Positions 43,695-52,713 of a DNA stretch of 64,000 nucleotides are shown here, in pieces. A program made the translations under genes and the position numbers. The notes below the pieces were generated by a model that did not search any database, was not told where the DNA came from, and saw nothing but the letters and a program-made list of their open reading frames with translations. How positions within the stretch are numbered: the first letter of the stretch is position 1; the number at the start of each line of letters is the position of its first letter. This stretch comes from Candidatus Nanoarchaeia archaeon (lineage in GTDB: Archaea > Nanobdellota > Nanobdellia > Pacearchaeales > GW2011-AR1): the NCBI GenBank assembly GCA_028711165.1, contig JAQTST010000001.1:149872-213871 (forward strand), written 5' to 3'.

Positions 43695-44543
43695 GTGGCG
43701 GAGATATATAAAATTCAAAATAGGAAAAATAGCCTGTTAAATTTTAATCTGGTTTTCATTTTGATTATCGTCAATGTAATTGCTTTTTTCGCGACGATGA
43801 TTCTTGCAACTATCTTCGGGGAATCTGCAATTCTCGATTTGCTCGCACTTAAACCAAGTTATATTGTCCAAGGAAAAAATCTGTGGACTTTAGCAACGAG
43901 CATGTTCATGCATCTGGATTTCTCGCATCTATTTTTCAATATGATTTCTTTATTTTTTGTAGGAACTTTACTTGAAAAAATAATCGGGAAAAGAAGATTC
44001 TTTTTATTTTACATGGCTTCAGGATTATTTGCAGGATTATTTTTTGCACTGCTGTCGGGATTTTTCGGAACAGGAATTGGAGAAAAAATATTTGGAAACC
44101 CGGAGATTTTTGGAATCGGAGCTTCGGGGGCAATATTCGGCATCGTCGGTATTCTTGCTGTTTTGATTCCGAGAAAAAAAATTTATCTTATTGGCGGACC
44201 GCTGATTGCGATAATAATACAGGCAATTTTTGAATCTGTTTCCCCTGAAAATCCAATCCTGAATATTCTCGGCATTGCGACAACGATTTACATTTTCTTT
44301 TCAATGTTCGCGATTTTTTCTTTTAACCCGCGCCTTAAAAAATTTGCAATTCCTATAGAACTGCCTTTCTGGCTGATTCCTGTAATTTCTATTACGCCTC
44401 TGATAATAATCGGTTTCTTCGTTTCCCTTCCAATAGGGAATACTGCCCATGCAGGAGGATTAATTGCAGGATTAATTTATGGATTTTACCTGAAGAAAAA
44501 ATACAAGAGAAAAACAGAATATATAAAACAGGTTTTTACTTAG
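43695..44543 (+). CDS. rhomboid-family intramembrane serine protease
   Basis: GASGAIFGIVG (GxSG) and HAGGLIAG motifs with multiple TM helices. GTG start as in the ORF track. Confidence 0.85.
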   Translation: MAEIYKIQNRKNSLLNFNLVFILIIVNVIAFFATMILATIFGESAILDLLALKPSYIVQGKNLWTLATSMFMHLDFSHLFFNMISLFFVGTLLEKIIGKRRFFLFYMASGLFAGLFFALLSGFFGTGIGEKIFGNPEIFGIGASGAIFGIVGILAVLIPRKKIYLIGGPLIAIIIQAIFESVSPENPILNILGIATTIYIFFSMFAIFSFNPRLKKFAIPIELPFWLIPVISITPLIIIGFFVSLPIGNTAHAGGLIAGLIYGFYLKKKYKRKTEYIKQVFT

Positions 44544-44557
44544 ATAAAATATTGAAA

Positions 44558-45166
44558 ATGAAAAAGAGAAAAAGAGTGAACAAGAAAAAATTCAATCTTC
44601 TGGAGGAATATAAAAAAAGTTTAAACTACCTTCGGGAATCAAAAAAATTTATTTATGCGATTATTGGTATTTTTTTCTTTTTTGTCTTGTTTGGGTATTT
44701 CATTCCTCCCCCCGAATTTATCTATACAAAATTAATCGATTTCATAAGAGAGCTTTTTGAAACGACAAAAGATTTGTCTATGTCTGAGTTAATCAAATTT
44801 ATCATTGCAAATAATACTCAGAGCACTTTTTTTGGAATAATCCTCGGAATGTTCCTTGGAGTTTTCCCAATTATCAATGCAATTATGAACGGATATATGC
44901 TCGGTTTTGTTTCTATGCTGAGTGTTGAAAATGGGGGATTATTATCTCTCTGGAGACTTTTGCCTCACGGGATTTTTGAACTGCCTGCGATTTTCATCTC
45001 GCTTGGTTTGGGGTTAAAATTTGGGACATTTATATTTCAGAAAGAGAAATTAAAATCCTTCGCAGATTATTTTCTAAATTCAATGAGAATTTTTTTACTG
45101 ATTGTTATACCTCTCCTGATTATTGCTGGAATTATAGAAGGTGCTTTGATGGTGTTTTTTCCTTAA
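44558..45166 (+). CDS. SpoIIM/DUF95-family membrane protein
   Basis: LLPHGIFELPAIFISLGLGLKFG motif. ATG at 44558. Confidence 0.75.
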   Translation: MKKRKRVNKKKFNLLEEYKKSLNYLRESKKFIYAIIGIFFFFVLFGYFIPPPEFIYTKLIDFIRELFETTKDLSMSELIKFIIANNTQSTFFGIILGMFLGVFPIINAIMNGYMLGFVSMLSVENGGLLSLWRLLPHGIFELPAIFISLGLGLKFGTFIFQKEKLKSFADYFLNSMRIFLLIVIPLLIIAGIIEGALMVFFP

Positions 45167-45172
45167 AGAATT

Positions 45173-45358
45173 CTAATCTTTCAAGTCGCTGATTCCAAGC
45201 ATAATGAAAACTGCGCCAATAAGAATTACGAGCCACATTAATCCTCCCTTAAAGAAGGCCAGGGCTGCATCTCCAAAGCTCCAGAAATTCATCCACCATA
45301 CAAAGATTGCTCCGTTAAGGAAAATCAATCCAAGTAATATTTCTGCCCATTTATTCAT
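45173..45358 (-). CDS. hypothetical small membrane protein
   Basis: Two TM helices in 61 aa. Confidence 0.4.
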   Translation of the reverse strand: MNKWAEILLGLIFLNGAIFVWWMNFWSFGDAALAFFKGGLMWLVILIGAVFIMLGISDLKD

Positions 45359-45440
45359 TTTAATTCTATAAATTCCCTGTTTAAAAAGATTTTTGTGCCC
45401 AAAAGCATATGTTTTTAAAATATTTTTTTAGTGTATTTCT

Positions 45441-46442
45441 ATGATTGATAAAGAAAAAATCGCGAAAGAGAACATACTTAGAGAAGGCTCTGAACCTGAA
45501 GGAAAATCTGTAAGAGGTTATGATTTCAACAAAGGGGTGAATTACCCGAAAATAATCGAGAGTTTTTCTACTACAGGTTATCAGGCGTCAGGATTTTACA
45601 GAGCAAAGGAAATAATTCAGAAAATGATTGACGAGAAAGCGACAATATTTTTGGGATACACTTCGAGCATGGTAAGTTCTGGACTCAGGGAAGTTTTTAG
45701 ATATCTGGCTGAACACAAGAAAGTCAATTCTATGATAACAACTGGCGGAGGAGTTGAAGAAGATATTATCAAATGCCTTGGAGATTTTATTTTAGGTGAC
45801 TTCCGAGCTTCAGGAAAAGAATTAAGGGAAAAAGCAATTAACAGAATAGGAAATATTTTTGTTCCGAATTCGAGATATATAAAATTCGAGGAATTTGTTT
45901 TGCCTGTTTTGAAAGAGCTTCATGAGGAACATAAAAAATCAGGGAAACCTGTTTTGCCGTCGGAGTTAGTCTGGAAACTTGGAGAAAAAATAAACAACAA
46001 GGACAGCATTTATTACTGGGCCTGGAAAAACAAGATAAAAGTTTTCTGTCCGACGATAATGGACGGAAGTTTGGGAGACATGATTTATTTTTTCAAATAC
46101 CAGAAGGGAAATGAAAATTTTGTAATTGATGTCGCAGAGGACACTAAAAATCTGAATGATTCAACAATCGGCTTGGAAAAATCAGGAGTTATAATTCTTG
46201 GAAGCGGAGTTGTGAAGCACAGCATTCTGAACGCGCATCTTTATCGAGACGGAGCAGATTACGCGGTTTACATAAATAATAATCAGGAATTCGACGGCAG
46301 CGACGCAGGAGCAACTCCTGACGAAGCAGTCTCGTGGGGAAAAATAAGAACTGACGGAATCTCTGAAAAAGTTTTTGGCGACGCGACAATTTTATTTCCG
46401 TTGCTTGTGGCGGAGACATTTGCTAAAGCACCAGAAAATTAA
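45441..46442 (+). CDS. dys: deoxyhypusine synthase
   Basis: ITTGGGVEEDIIKC, GSGVVKHSILNA and DEAVSWGKI blocks. Confidence 0.9.
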   Translation: MIDKEKIAKENILREGSEPEGKSVRGYDFNKGVNYPKIIESFSTTGYQASGFYRAKEIIQKMIDEKATIFLGYTSSMVSSGLREVFRYLAEHKKVNSMITTGGGVEEDIIKCLGDFILGDFRASGKELREKAINRIGNIFVPNSRYIKFEEFVLPVLKELHEEHKKSGKPVLPSELVWKLGEKINNKDSIYYWAWKNKIKVFCPTIMDGSLGDMIYFFKYQKGNENFVIDVAEDTKNLNDSTIGLEKSGVIILGSGVVKHSILNAHLYRDGADYAVYINNNQEFDGSDAGATPDEAVSWGKIRTDGISEKVFGDATILFPLLVAETFAKAPEN

Positions 46443-46482
46443 ATATAAGAACTCAAAAATTCTTTATTAAACTATTAACAAC

Positions 46483-47520
46483 ATGTTAACAAAAAAACAA
46501 ATCTCGGAGATTAGAGAGCATCTTGAAAAAGCGCAAAATCCTATCTTCTTCTTCGACAACGATAATGACGGCTTGTGCTCTTTTTTGATTTTGCGACGAT
46601 ATCTCGGAAGAGGAAAAGGGATTGCAGTGAAATCTTTCCCTGACATGAATGCTGAATATTTCAGACGGGTAAATGAATTAAACGCGGATTACATTTTTAT
46701 CCTCGACAAACCTGTAGTCAACGAAGAATTTTTCGAAGAGGCGAAGAAATTCAATATTCCTGTTGTCTGGATTGACCACCACGAAGTACAGGTAAAAATC
46801 CCCAATTTTATTTATTATTATAATTCTGCATTTCACGGAAAGAAAAATGAGCCAGTTACTTATTTGTGTTATAAAATTGCAGATAAAAAAGAAGACTTAT
46901 GGCTGGGAGTTGTAGGATGTATTTCTGACAGATTTTTCCCTGATTTTTACAAGGATTTTGTGAAACTTTATCCTGACTTGTCGGTGAAGAGCAAAGATGC
47001 TTTTACTGTTTTTTACAAATCGCAAATAGGAAACATCGCGAAAATTTTTTCCTTTGCACTTAAGGATACGACGAGCAATGTGATGAAATTAATTTATTTT
47101 CTCGTCGGTGTGAAAACTCCTTACGAGGTTCTTGAAGAGACTAACAAAAATAAAGGAATGCATTACAGATTCAAGCAGGTATACAGAAAATATGAAAAGC
47201 TCGTCGAGAAAGCAAAATCTATTGCTGATGACGATAAAATTTTGTTTTTTCAATACGGCGGGGAAATGAGCATAAGTGCTGACTTGTCGAATGAACTTAC
47301 TTATCTTTATCCTAAGAAAATAATTATTGTAATCAAGGTAGCGGGGATGAAAGCAAATCTTTCTCTGAGAGGAATAAAAATTCGAGAGCCTTTTCTGAAA
47401 GCGATAAAAAATATTGAGGGGGCGACTGGGGGCGGGCATGAAAATGCTGTCGGCGGACAAATGAGAATTGAAGACATTGAAAAGTTCAGAGAAAATTTCG
47501 AAAGGGAAATTAATTCATGA
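46483..47520 (+). CDS. DHH/DHHA1-family phosphoesterase (RecJ/Cdc45-like)
   Basis: DNDNDGLCS, WIDHHE and GGGHENAVGG motifs. Confidence 0.8.
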   Translation: MLTKKQISEIREHLEKAQNPIFFFDNDNDGLCSFLILRRYLGRGKGIAVKSFPDMNAEYFRRVNELNADYIFILDKPVVNEEFFEEAKKFNIPVVWIDHHEVQVKIPNFIYYYNSAFHGKKNEPVTYLCYKIADKKEDLWLGVVGCISDRFFPDFYKDFVKLYPDLSVKSKDAFTVFYKSQIGNIAKIFSFALKDTTSNVMKLIYFLVGVKTPYEVLEETNKNKGMHYRFKQVYRKYEKLVEKAKSIADDDKILFFQYGGEMSISADLSNELTYLYPKKIIIVIKVAGMKANLSLRGIKIREPFLKAIKNIEGATGGGHENAVGGQMRIEDIEKFRENFEREINS

Positions 47521-47582
47521 ATTTTTGCTCATTATCCCGCCCACCCGCTCGAATGGGAAATAATTAGTATTCGCAAAAATTC
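47519..47582 (+). repeat. family A hairpin/C-tract element, copy A4
   Basis: GAATTTTTGC...GCAAAAATTC 10-bp terminal inverted repeat starting inside the stop codon of the DHH gene. Inner TCCC/GGGA stem, core CCCGCCCACCC, followed by a T-rich tract. Confidence 0.8.
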
Positions 47583-47764
47583 TTCTTTTGAAAGTATAGA
47601 AATTTATTTAAACTTCAACTACCTCTGTTTTTCATGCAAATGGCTAAAATGTTTAGAACATGTAATTGTTCCATTATTTTAGCTGTGGCTTCAATCCTTT
47701 AAATCATCAAGAATTCTTTTGGTTCTTGAACAGATTTGAGGGCTTAGAGAATTCTAAAAAATAT

Positions 47765-47956
47765 ATGAACAAAGAATACGAAAATCCTGACGAAAGTGAA
47801 GAAATATCTTCCCATTACCTTGCAGAAAGATTTATCTGTGATAACCGGGAGGAGAATTATTCTATTGAAGCAACTGAGATAAACAGAGAGAAACATGACA
47901 GAGATTTGGAAAAAATTGCTATGGAGATTATGATGGAGGAGTATAATGATTTTTAA
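47765..47956 (+). CDS. hypothetical acidic small protein
   Basis: MNKEYENPDESEE...; lies in a gene-poor 0.8-kb stretch. Weak support. Confidence 0.3.
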   Translation: MNKEYENPDESEEISSHYLAERFICDNREENYSIEATEINREKHDRDLEKIAMEIMMEEYNDF

Positions 47957-48312
47957 TACGAAAAATATAAAAAGGAGATTTTATTACCAAGACTATGAAG
48001 AGAGGACTGAATCATATGAATAGGGATTTTAGATATGCTTTAGTTTATACTTCAATTAAATTCCCCTCAATTTAATTCAGTGAGCTCCTTTGTCCTGGAT
48101 TAGTTGAGTTTTTTATTAATTTGGGAAAGGGGTTCTGAATGAGATTAACAAAGAGAATAATGGAAACGAAATATAAAAAAAATGAGAAAGAAAGTTTAGA
48201 GAAAGAGTTAAGCCGATTAATGGAAATAACTCTTAGACTAGAGAACGAACTTTACTTTATGAATTATAAGAATTGAATAGCAAGAAGATTTTTTTAAAGA
48301 CTACTATGCAAA

Positions 48313-49764
48313 TTAATATGAACGGGCAATGTAAACTATGTAATTTGCTTTTCTTCCGCAGACAGCACATTTGCCTTTTGGCTTCTGGGTTTCATCAAGT
48401 CTTGTTCCTCTGACTTCTGCGCTGATTTCTTTTTCAATAACTTCTGCGCATTTTTCCCCGTCTTTATCTACTGAACAAAATTCAACTCTCGCGATTCCGT
48501 TATTTTTGATAACTTCTTTTATTTCTTTCACACTTTTTGCATCTTTAATTCTGTCCTGAAAAATCTTATCTGCTTTTTTTATCAAGTTCTTAGTGAACTC
48601 TTCTGAAATTTCTTTTATCCTTTTGACAGCATCTTTTTCATTTACAATTTCTTTTTTGTCCAAATCCCGTCGGAAGAGAGTTATTTTTTTATTTTCCAAA
48701 TCTTTCATTCCCAAGTCTATTCTAATGGGGATTCCTTTCATTTCCCAATGATTGAATTTTTCTCCGGGGCGTTTTTCAGAATAATCTATTTCGACATCTG
48801 TAAATTTTTCTATCTCTTTTTTCAATGATTCTGCCTTGTCTTTTATTCTTTTGTCGTCGCTGATTGGAACTATCATGACATTTATCGGAGCAATTTCCCA
48901 GGGGAATTTTAATCCTTTATCGTCGCCGTGAACAATTATCACGCTTGCGAAAATTCTTGAGACAGCAGGGCCATAACAGGTTGTGAAAACTGGTTTTTCT
49001 TTTCCGTCTTTGTCTTTGTAAGTTATGTTAAATGCTTTTGCAAAACTTGGCGCGATTATGTGCGTCGACGGCTGCTGTATAACTTTTCCGTCGGGATTTA
49101 AAACATCTGCAGCAAAAGTTTTGTAAGCTCCTGCAAATTTGTCCCACGAAGGACGTTCAAAGAAAATGAACGGAAGCCCGTAAATATCGTGAAGAACTTC
49201 TTTTGTTGTCTGCATATCTTCTTTAACCTGATTCATCGCATCGCTTTCTGTTTCATGAACACAATGAGTTTCTATCCAGTAAAATTCTCTGCTTCTCAAA
49301 AAAGGACGTGTTGCTTTTGTCTCGTATCTGAAAACATTTGCCCGCTGGTAAGTTTTGAAGGGCAAGTCTTTGTAGCTCCTTATCCACAAATTAAACATCT
49401 GGTAAAAAGCTGTCTCACTCGTCGGGCGAAGTGCAAGAGGCTCTTCTAATTTTTTAGTTCCGCCGTGGGTGACCCAGAAAACTTCGGGGGTGAACCCTTT
49501 TACATGAGCGCTCTCTTTTTCAAAATTACTTTTTGGAATTACTGCAGGGAACCAGTAAGGCTTGTGCCCTTTTTGTCTTAATCTTTTTTCAAGATAATCA
49601 TACATTTTTTCCATCGACAAAACAGACCATGGTTGGAAAACTAAAAATCCTTTTATGTTATATCTCAAATCTGCGAGTTCTGCTTTCTGAATTATCTGGC
49701 TAAACCATTCGCTGAAATCATCATTCTTTTTTACTGTAATTCCTTCCTGAAATTCTTTTTTCAT
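48313..49764 (-). CDS. proS: prolyl-tRNA synthetase, archaeal/eukaryotic type
   Basis: Class II motifs (LRPTSET, FRYE..TRPFLR) and a C-terminal Zn-binding domain ending in ...YIARSY. Confidence 0.95.
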   Translation of the reverse strand: MKKEFQEGITVKKNDDFSEWFSQIIQKAELADLRYNIKGFLVFQPWSVLSMEKMYDYLEKRLRQKGHKPYWFPAVIPKSNFEKESAHVKGFTPEVFWVTHGGTKKLEEPLALRPTSETAFYQMFNLWIRSYKDLPFKTYQRANVFRYETKATRPFLRSREFYWIETHCVHETESDAMNQVKEDMQTTKEVLHDIYGLPFIFFERPSWDKFAGAYKTFAADVLNPDGKVIQQPSTHIIAPSFAKAFNITYKDKDGKEKPVFTTCYGPAVSRIFASVIIVHGDDKGLKFPWEIAPINVMIVPISDDKRIKDKAESLKKEIEKFTDVEIDYSEKRPGEKFNHWEMKGIPIRIDLGMKDLENKKITLFRRDLDKKEIVNEKDAVKRIKEISEEFTKNLIKKADKIFQDRIKDAKSVKEIKEVIKNNGIARVEFCSVDKDGEKCAEVIEKEISAEVRGTRLDETQKPKGKCAVCGRKANYIVYIARSY

Positions 49765-50639
49765 ATTAAAGTTCCTGTATGGGACTGCTGGTAAATACTA
49801 TTGACGGTTTGTTTTATATAATTTGATTCGAGGGCAAATCCAAGACTTTCTCCTCCGCCAACTTTGAAATTATTTATTCCTATAACTTTGCCGCTGCTGT
49901 CGATTAAAGGGCCTCCTGAATTTCCGGGGTTCAGTGCTGCATCGGTCTGGATATAAGCTTCTAATCCATTTTCCCCTTGTCTGTGAATTGCTGAAACAAT
50001 TCCTTCTGAAACTGAGAACTGTAAACCAAGAGGATTTCCAATTGCAATTACTTTTTCTCCGACTTGTACATCATTAGAATCACCAAGCTGTAATGGGGAG
50101 TAACTCTCGTCGATGATTCTTAAAAGTGTTATATCCATTGCAGTGTCTTCCCCGATTTTTGTAACTGCGTGCAGCTTTTCATCATAGGTTATAACTCCTG
50201 CTGCGGCTGCTCCTGTCATCACGTGAGCATTTGTAACTATGTAACCACCGTCGGCAATTATGAATCCTGAACCCTGCGAGATGTCTGTTCTTACTGTTAC
50301 AACTGATTTTATCGCACCCTCAATTATCCCCGAAAAATCTGCACTTGTCGTCGCTTTTATCTGTGCTATCTCGGTGTCAATCGAACCCAGCTGCAATCCT
50401 AAATCTTTCAAATCACTTTTTGTGTCAAGAAGTCCTTCTGATAACTCGCTGAATTTCTGCTGAGTGTCTGCTTCCAAATCTGCCAGCTTATTATTCAACT
50501 CATTATACTCTGCAGTTTGCTTCGTAAAAATCAAGTACATGAATATGCTGCTGGCAATCATAAACGCGACGAGAAGTGAACTTACGCTGATAATTATTCT
50601 TTTGTGATTAGGATTGCTATTTTTATTTTCTAAAACCAT
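49761..50639 (-). CDS. membrane-anchored trypsin-like serine protease (S1C/HtrA-like, no PDZ)
   Basis: Triad contexts VTNAHV, MDITLL and GNSGGPLIDSSGKVIGIN. N-terminal TM helix. 4-nt overlap with proS. Confidence 0.85.
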   Translation of the reverse strand: MVLENKNSNPNHKRIIISVSSLLVAFMIASSIFMYLIFTKQTAEYNELNNKLADLEADTQQKFSELSEGLLDTKSDLKDLGLQLGSIDTEIAQIKATTSADFSGIIEGAIKSVVTVRTDISQGSGFIIADGGYIVTNAHVMTGAAAAGVITYDEKLHAVTKIGEDTAMDITLLRIIDESYSPLQLGDSNDVQVGEKVIAIGNPLGLQFSVSEGIVSAIHRQGENGLEAYIQTDAALNPGNSGGPLIDSSGKVIGINNFKVGGGESLGFALESNYIKQTVNSIYQQSHTGTLI

Positions 50640-50696
50640 GAAAGGTAAAAAGAAATAATATATAAAAACTTAACCTTACTGAATTTCTTATAAAAT

Positions 50697-50714
50697 AACT
50701 CGCGACCTTGCTCT
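50697..50714 (+). repeat. family B terminal fragment abutting the 5' end of tRNA-Arg(UCG)
   Basis: AACTCGCGACCTTGCTCT matches the distal ends of the Leu and Met B copies (AACTCGCGACCTCGCTCA and AACTCGCGACCTCCCTCA). Confidence 0.5.
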
Positions 50715-50855
50715 GGGCTTATAGTTTAACGGATAGAACAACCGGCTTCGGACTGGGTTTCTTTCTTTAGAAAAGAAAGAAACTACACTGGTAGAAAGAA
50801 ACTACAATTCCGAGGAAGAAACCGGTTAATCGGGGTTCAATTCCTCGTAAGCCCA
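50715..50855 (+). tRNA. tRNA-Arg(UCG) with a ~69-nt intron at 37/38
   Basis: Acceptor GGGCTTA/TAAGCCC+A. Anticodon stem ACCGG (50741-50745) / CCGGT (50822-50826), loop CTTCGG|A. Intron about 50752-50820. T arm CGGGG-TTCAATT-CCTCG. Confidence 0.8.
50755..50811 (+). repeat. family D hairpin element, copy D1 (fills the tRNA-Arg intron)
   Basis: GGGTTTCTTTCTTTAGAAAAGAAAGAAACTACACTGGTAGAAAGAAACTACAATTCC. 11-bp stem GTTTCTTTCTT/AAGAAAGAAAC, then CTAC-ACTG-GTAG. Confidence 0.75.
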
Positions 50856-50856
50856 T

Positions 50857-50924
50857 ATTATTTTGAATTGAACCCTTGGGTTTCATTTGTTTGTAAAACG
50901 AATGAGGCTGAACGAAGTGACGCC
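50857..50924 (+). mobile_element. family B-like miniature insert 3' of tRNA-Arg(UCG), flanked by a 19-bp duplication
   Basis: CAATTCCTCGTAAGCCCAT at 50838-50856 and 50925-50943 (exact). The insert ATTATTTTGAATTGAACCCTTGGGTTTCA...AATGAGGCTGAACGAAGTGACGCC shares the proximal TTGAACC..GGGTT and AATGAGG blocks with other copies. It is the most diverged copy. Confidence 0.5.
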
Positions 50925-50989
50925 CAATTCCTCGTAAGCCCATGCGCGTTTTACATAAATCTTTAAAAAATATTTTTCTATCTTATTAT

Positions 50990-51247
50990 ATGGCATTTAA
51001 CTTTTTATACAACTTATTCAAGAAGAAAATTTATTGTCAATATTGCGGGGTAAAAATCGATGGTGGGTTTGTCGCCAATAACGGCAGGGTTTACTGCAGA
51101 AATAACGATGCTTCCTGTCTTATTGAAGTATCAAGAAATTCCAGTCTTAAATTTGATTATCAAACTTCTGAAGAAATACAAAAAGGAATAGGAAAAAAAA
51201 CAATAACTCATTTTGGGAAACTTGAAAAATCTCTTAAGAAAGAATGA
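50990..51247 (+). CDS. hypothetical small zinc-ribbon protein
   Basis: CQYCG...CRNNDASC. Start moved to ATG 50990, because the track start at 50942 lies inside the duplicated tRNA end. Confidence 0.4.
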   Translation: MAFNFLYNLFKKKIYCQYCGVKIDGGFVANNGRVYCRNNDASCLIEVSRNSSLKFDYQTSEEIQKGIGKKTITHFGKLEKSLKKE

Positions 51248-51286
51248 GTCAGATAGTTTTTTATATTTCTAATCGGTTCTCTTGAG

Positions 51287-52573
51287 ATGGAAAAAACGAC
51301 TGCCAAGCCCGGCGATTATGTTGAAATTCATCTTACAAAATTAATTTACGAAGGAGTGCTTTTGGAGAGCCCTGAGACTGAAAAAAGTTTTGTTCTTTTG
51401 AAACTTGATTCCGGATACAATATGGGTTTTAACAGAAAAGATATTTTGAAAATTGTCCTTCTGAAAAAAGCGATTGAAGGTGAGAAAGAAAAAGTTGAAA
51501 TCAAAAAGAATAATGAGAAAAAAAATATTGCGATGATAATTACGGGGGGAACAATTGCTTCTGTGCTTGACCCTAAAACCGGCGGAGTTCATTCCCTGCA
51601 AAAACCTGAAGACTTATTCCAATTTTATCCTGAACTTTTTGAGAAAGTAAATATTGTGAAAGTTGAAATCCCTTTCATGAAAATGTCGGAAGATATGGAT
51701 TTCAAGGACTGGCAGAAAATTGCGAAAGTTGCTGTTGACTTGCTTAACGATAATAATATTCAGGGAATAATAATTACTCACGGAACAGATACTCTGCATT
51801 ACACGTCGGCAGCCCTGAGTTTTTTTATCCGAAATCTGAATAAGCCTGTTGTTTTGACTTACAGCCAGAGAAGTATTGACAGGGCTTCCAGCGACGCTGA
51901 TTTGAATCTGCAGTGCTCTGCTCTCGCTGCGATTTCTGACATCGCTGAAGTAATGCTCGTCGGACACGCGTCGTCAAATGATGATTTTTGCAATGCAATG
52001 CCAGGAACAAAAGTCAGGAAACTTCACACTTCACGACGGGATGCTTTCAAAGTTGTAAATGACAAACCTTTTGCAAAAATTTATCCCAATAAAATTGATA
52101 GAATTTCTGAATGGAAAATCCGAAATAAAAACAAGGCAAAAACTGACAGCAAATTTGAAGAGAAAATTGCCTTGGTGAAAATTTATCCGGGGCAAAATCC
52201 AGACATTCTTGATTATTATGCAAAGAAAGGCTACAAGGGAATTGTTCTGGAATTAACAGGACTTGGACACGCACCGACGAAAAGAGCGCGAAACTCCTGG
52301 ACTTTGAAACTGAAAGAAATTCAGAAAAAAGGAATTGTAGTCTGTGCAGCGAGCCAATGCATTTTTGGAAGAGTTGATCCTTTGGTTTATTCTAACGGCA
52401 GAGAAATTTTAGCGACAGGAGTTATTTATCTTGAAGACATGCTCGCTGAAACTGCTTTGGTAAAACTTGGGTGGGTTTTGGGGCACGAAGATTGGAAGAA
52501 AAATAAAAAGATTGTCGTCGAGAAAATGCTCGAAAATATTGCGGGGGAAATTAATAAGAGATTAGAGGAATGA
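51287..52573 (+). CDS. gatD: Glu-tRNA(Gln) amidotransferase subunit D
   Basis: N-terminal GatD-specific domain, then asparaginase-like ITGGTIAS and THGTDT motifs. Confidence 0.95.
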   Translation: MEKTTAKPGDYVEIHLTKLIYEGVLLESPETEKSFVLLKLDSGYNMGFNRKDILKIVLLKKAIEGEKEKVEIKKNNEKKNIAMIITGGTIASVLDPKTGGVHSLQKPEDLFQFYPELFEKVNIVKVEIPFMKMSEDMDFKDWQKIAKVAVDLLNDNNIQGIIITHGTDTLHYTSAALSFFIRNLNKPVVLTYSQRSIDRASSDADLNLQCSALAAISDIAEVMLVGHASSNDDFCNAMPGTKVRKLHTSRRDAFKVVNDKPFAKIYPNKIDRISEWKIRNKNKAKTDSKFEEKIALVKIYPGQNPDILDYYAKKGYKGIVLELTGLGHAPTKRARNSWTLKLKEIQKKGIVVCAASQCIFGRVDPLVYSNGREILATGVIYLEDMLAETALVKLGWVLGHEDWKKNKKIVVEKMLENIAGEINKRLEE

Positions 52574-52710
52574 AAATAAAAAAGTTGCTGATAATTTTAA
52601 TATTGATTTTATTAGTCTGGGGTTTTGTCAGATTTGTCCTCGGGGGAGATGAAGACACCTGGATTAGAGATGCCCAAGGATTTTTAATCAAACACGGAAA
52701 TCCAGATTAA
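52570..52710 (+). CDS. possible small secreted/membrane protein (46 aa)
   Basis: ATGA overlap with the gatD stop. MKIKKLLIILILILLVWGFVRFVLGGDEDTWIRDAQGFLIKHGNPD. Confidence 0.35.
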   Translation: MKIKKLLIILILILLVWGFVRFVLGGDEDTWIRDAQGFLIKHGNPD

Positions 52711-52713
52711 TAA

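Noticed and set aside
50687-50723. CTTATA hexamer on both sides of the B-fragment at the tRNA-Arg(UCG) 5' end, considered as a possible target duplication.
   Set aside because: Six AT-rich bases are too short to distinguish from chance.
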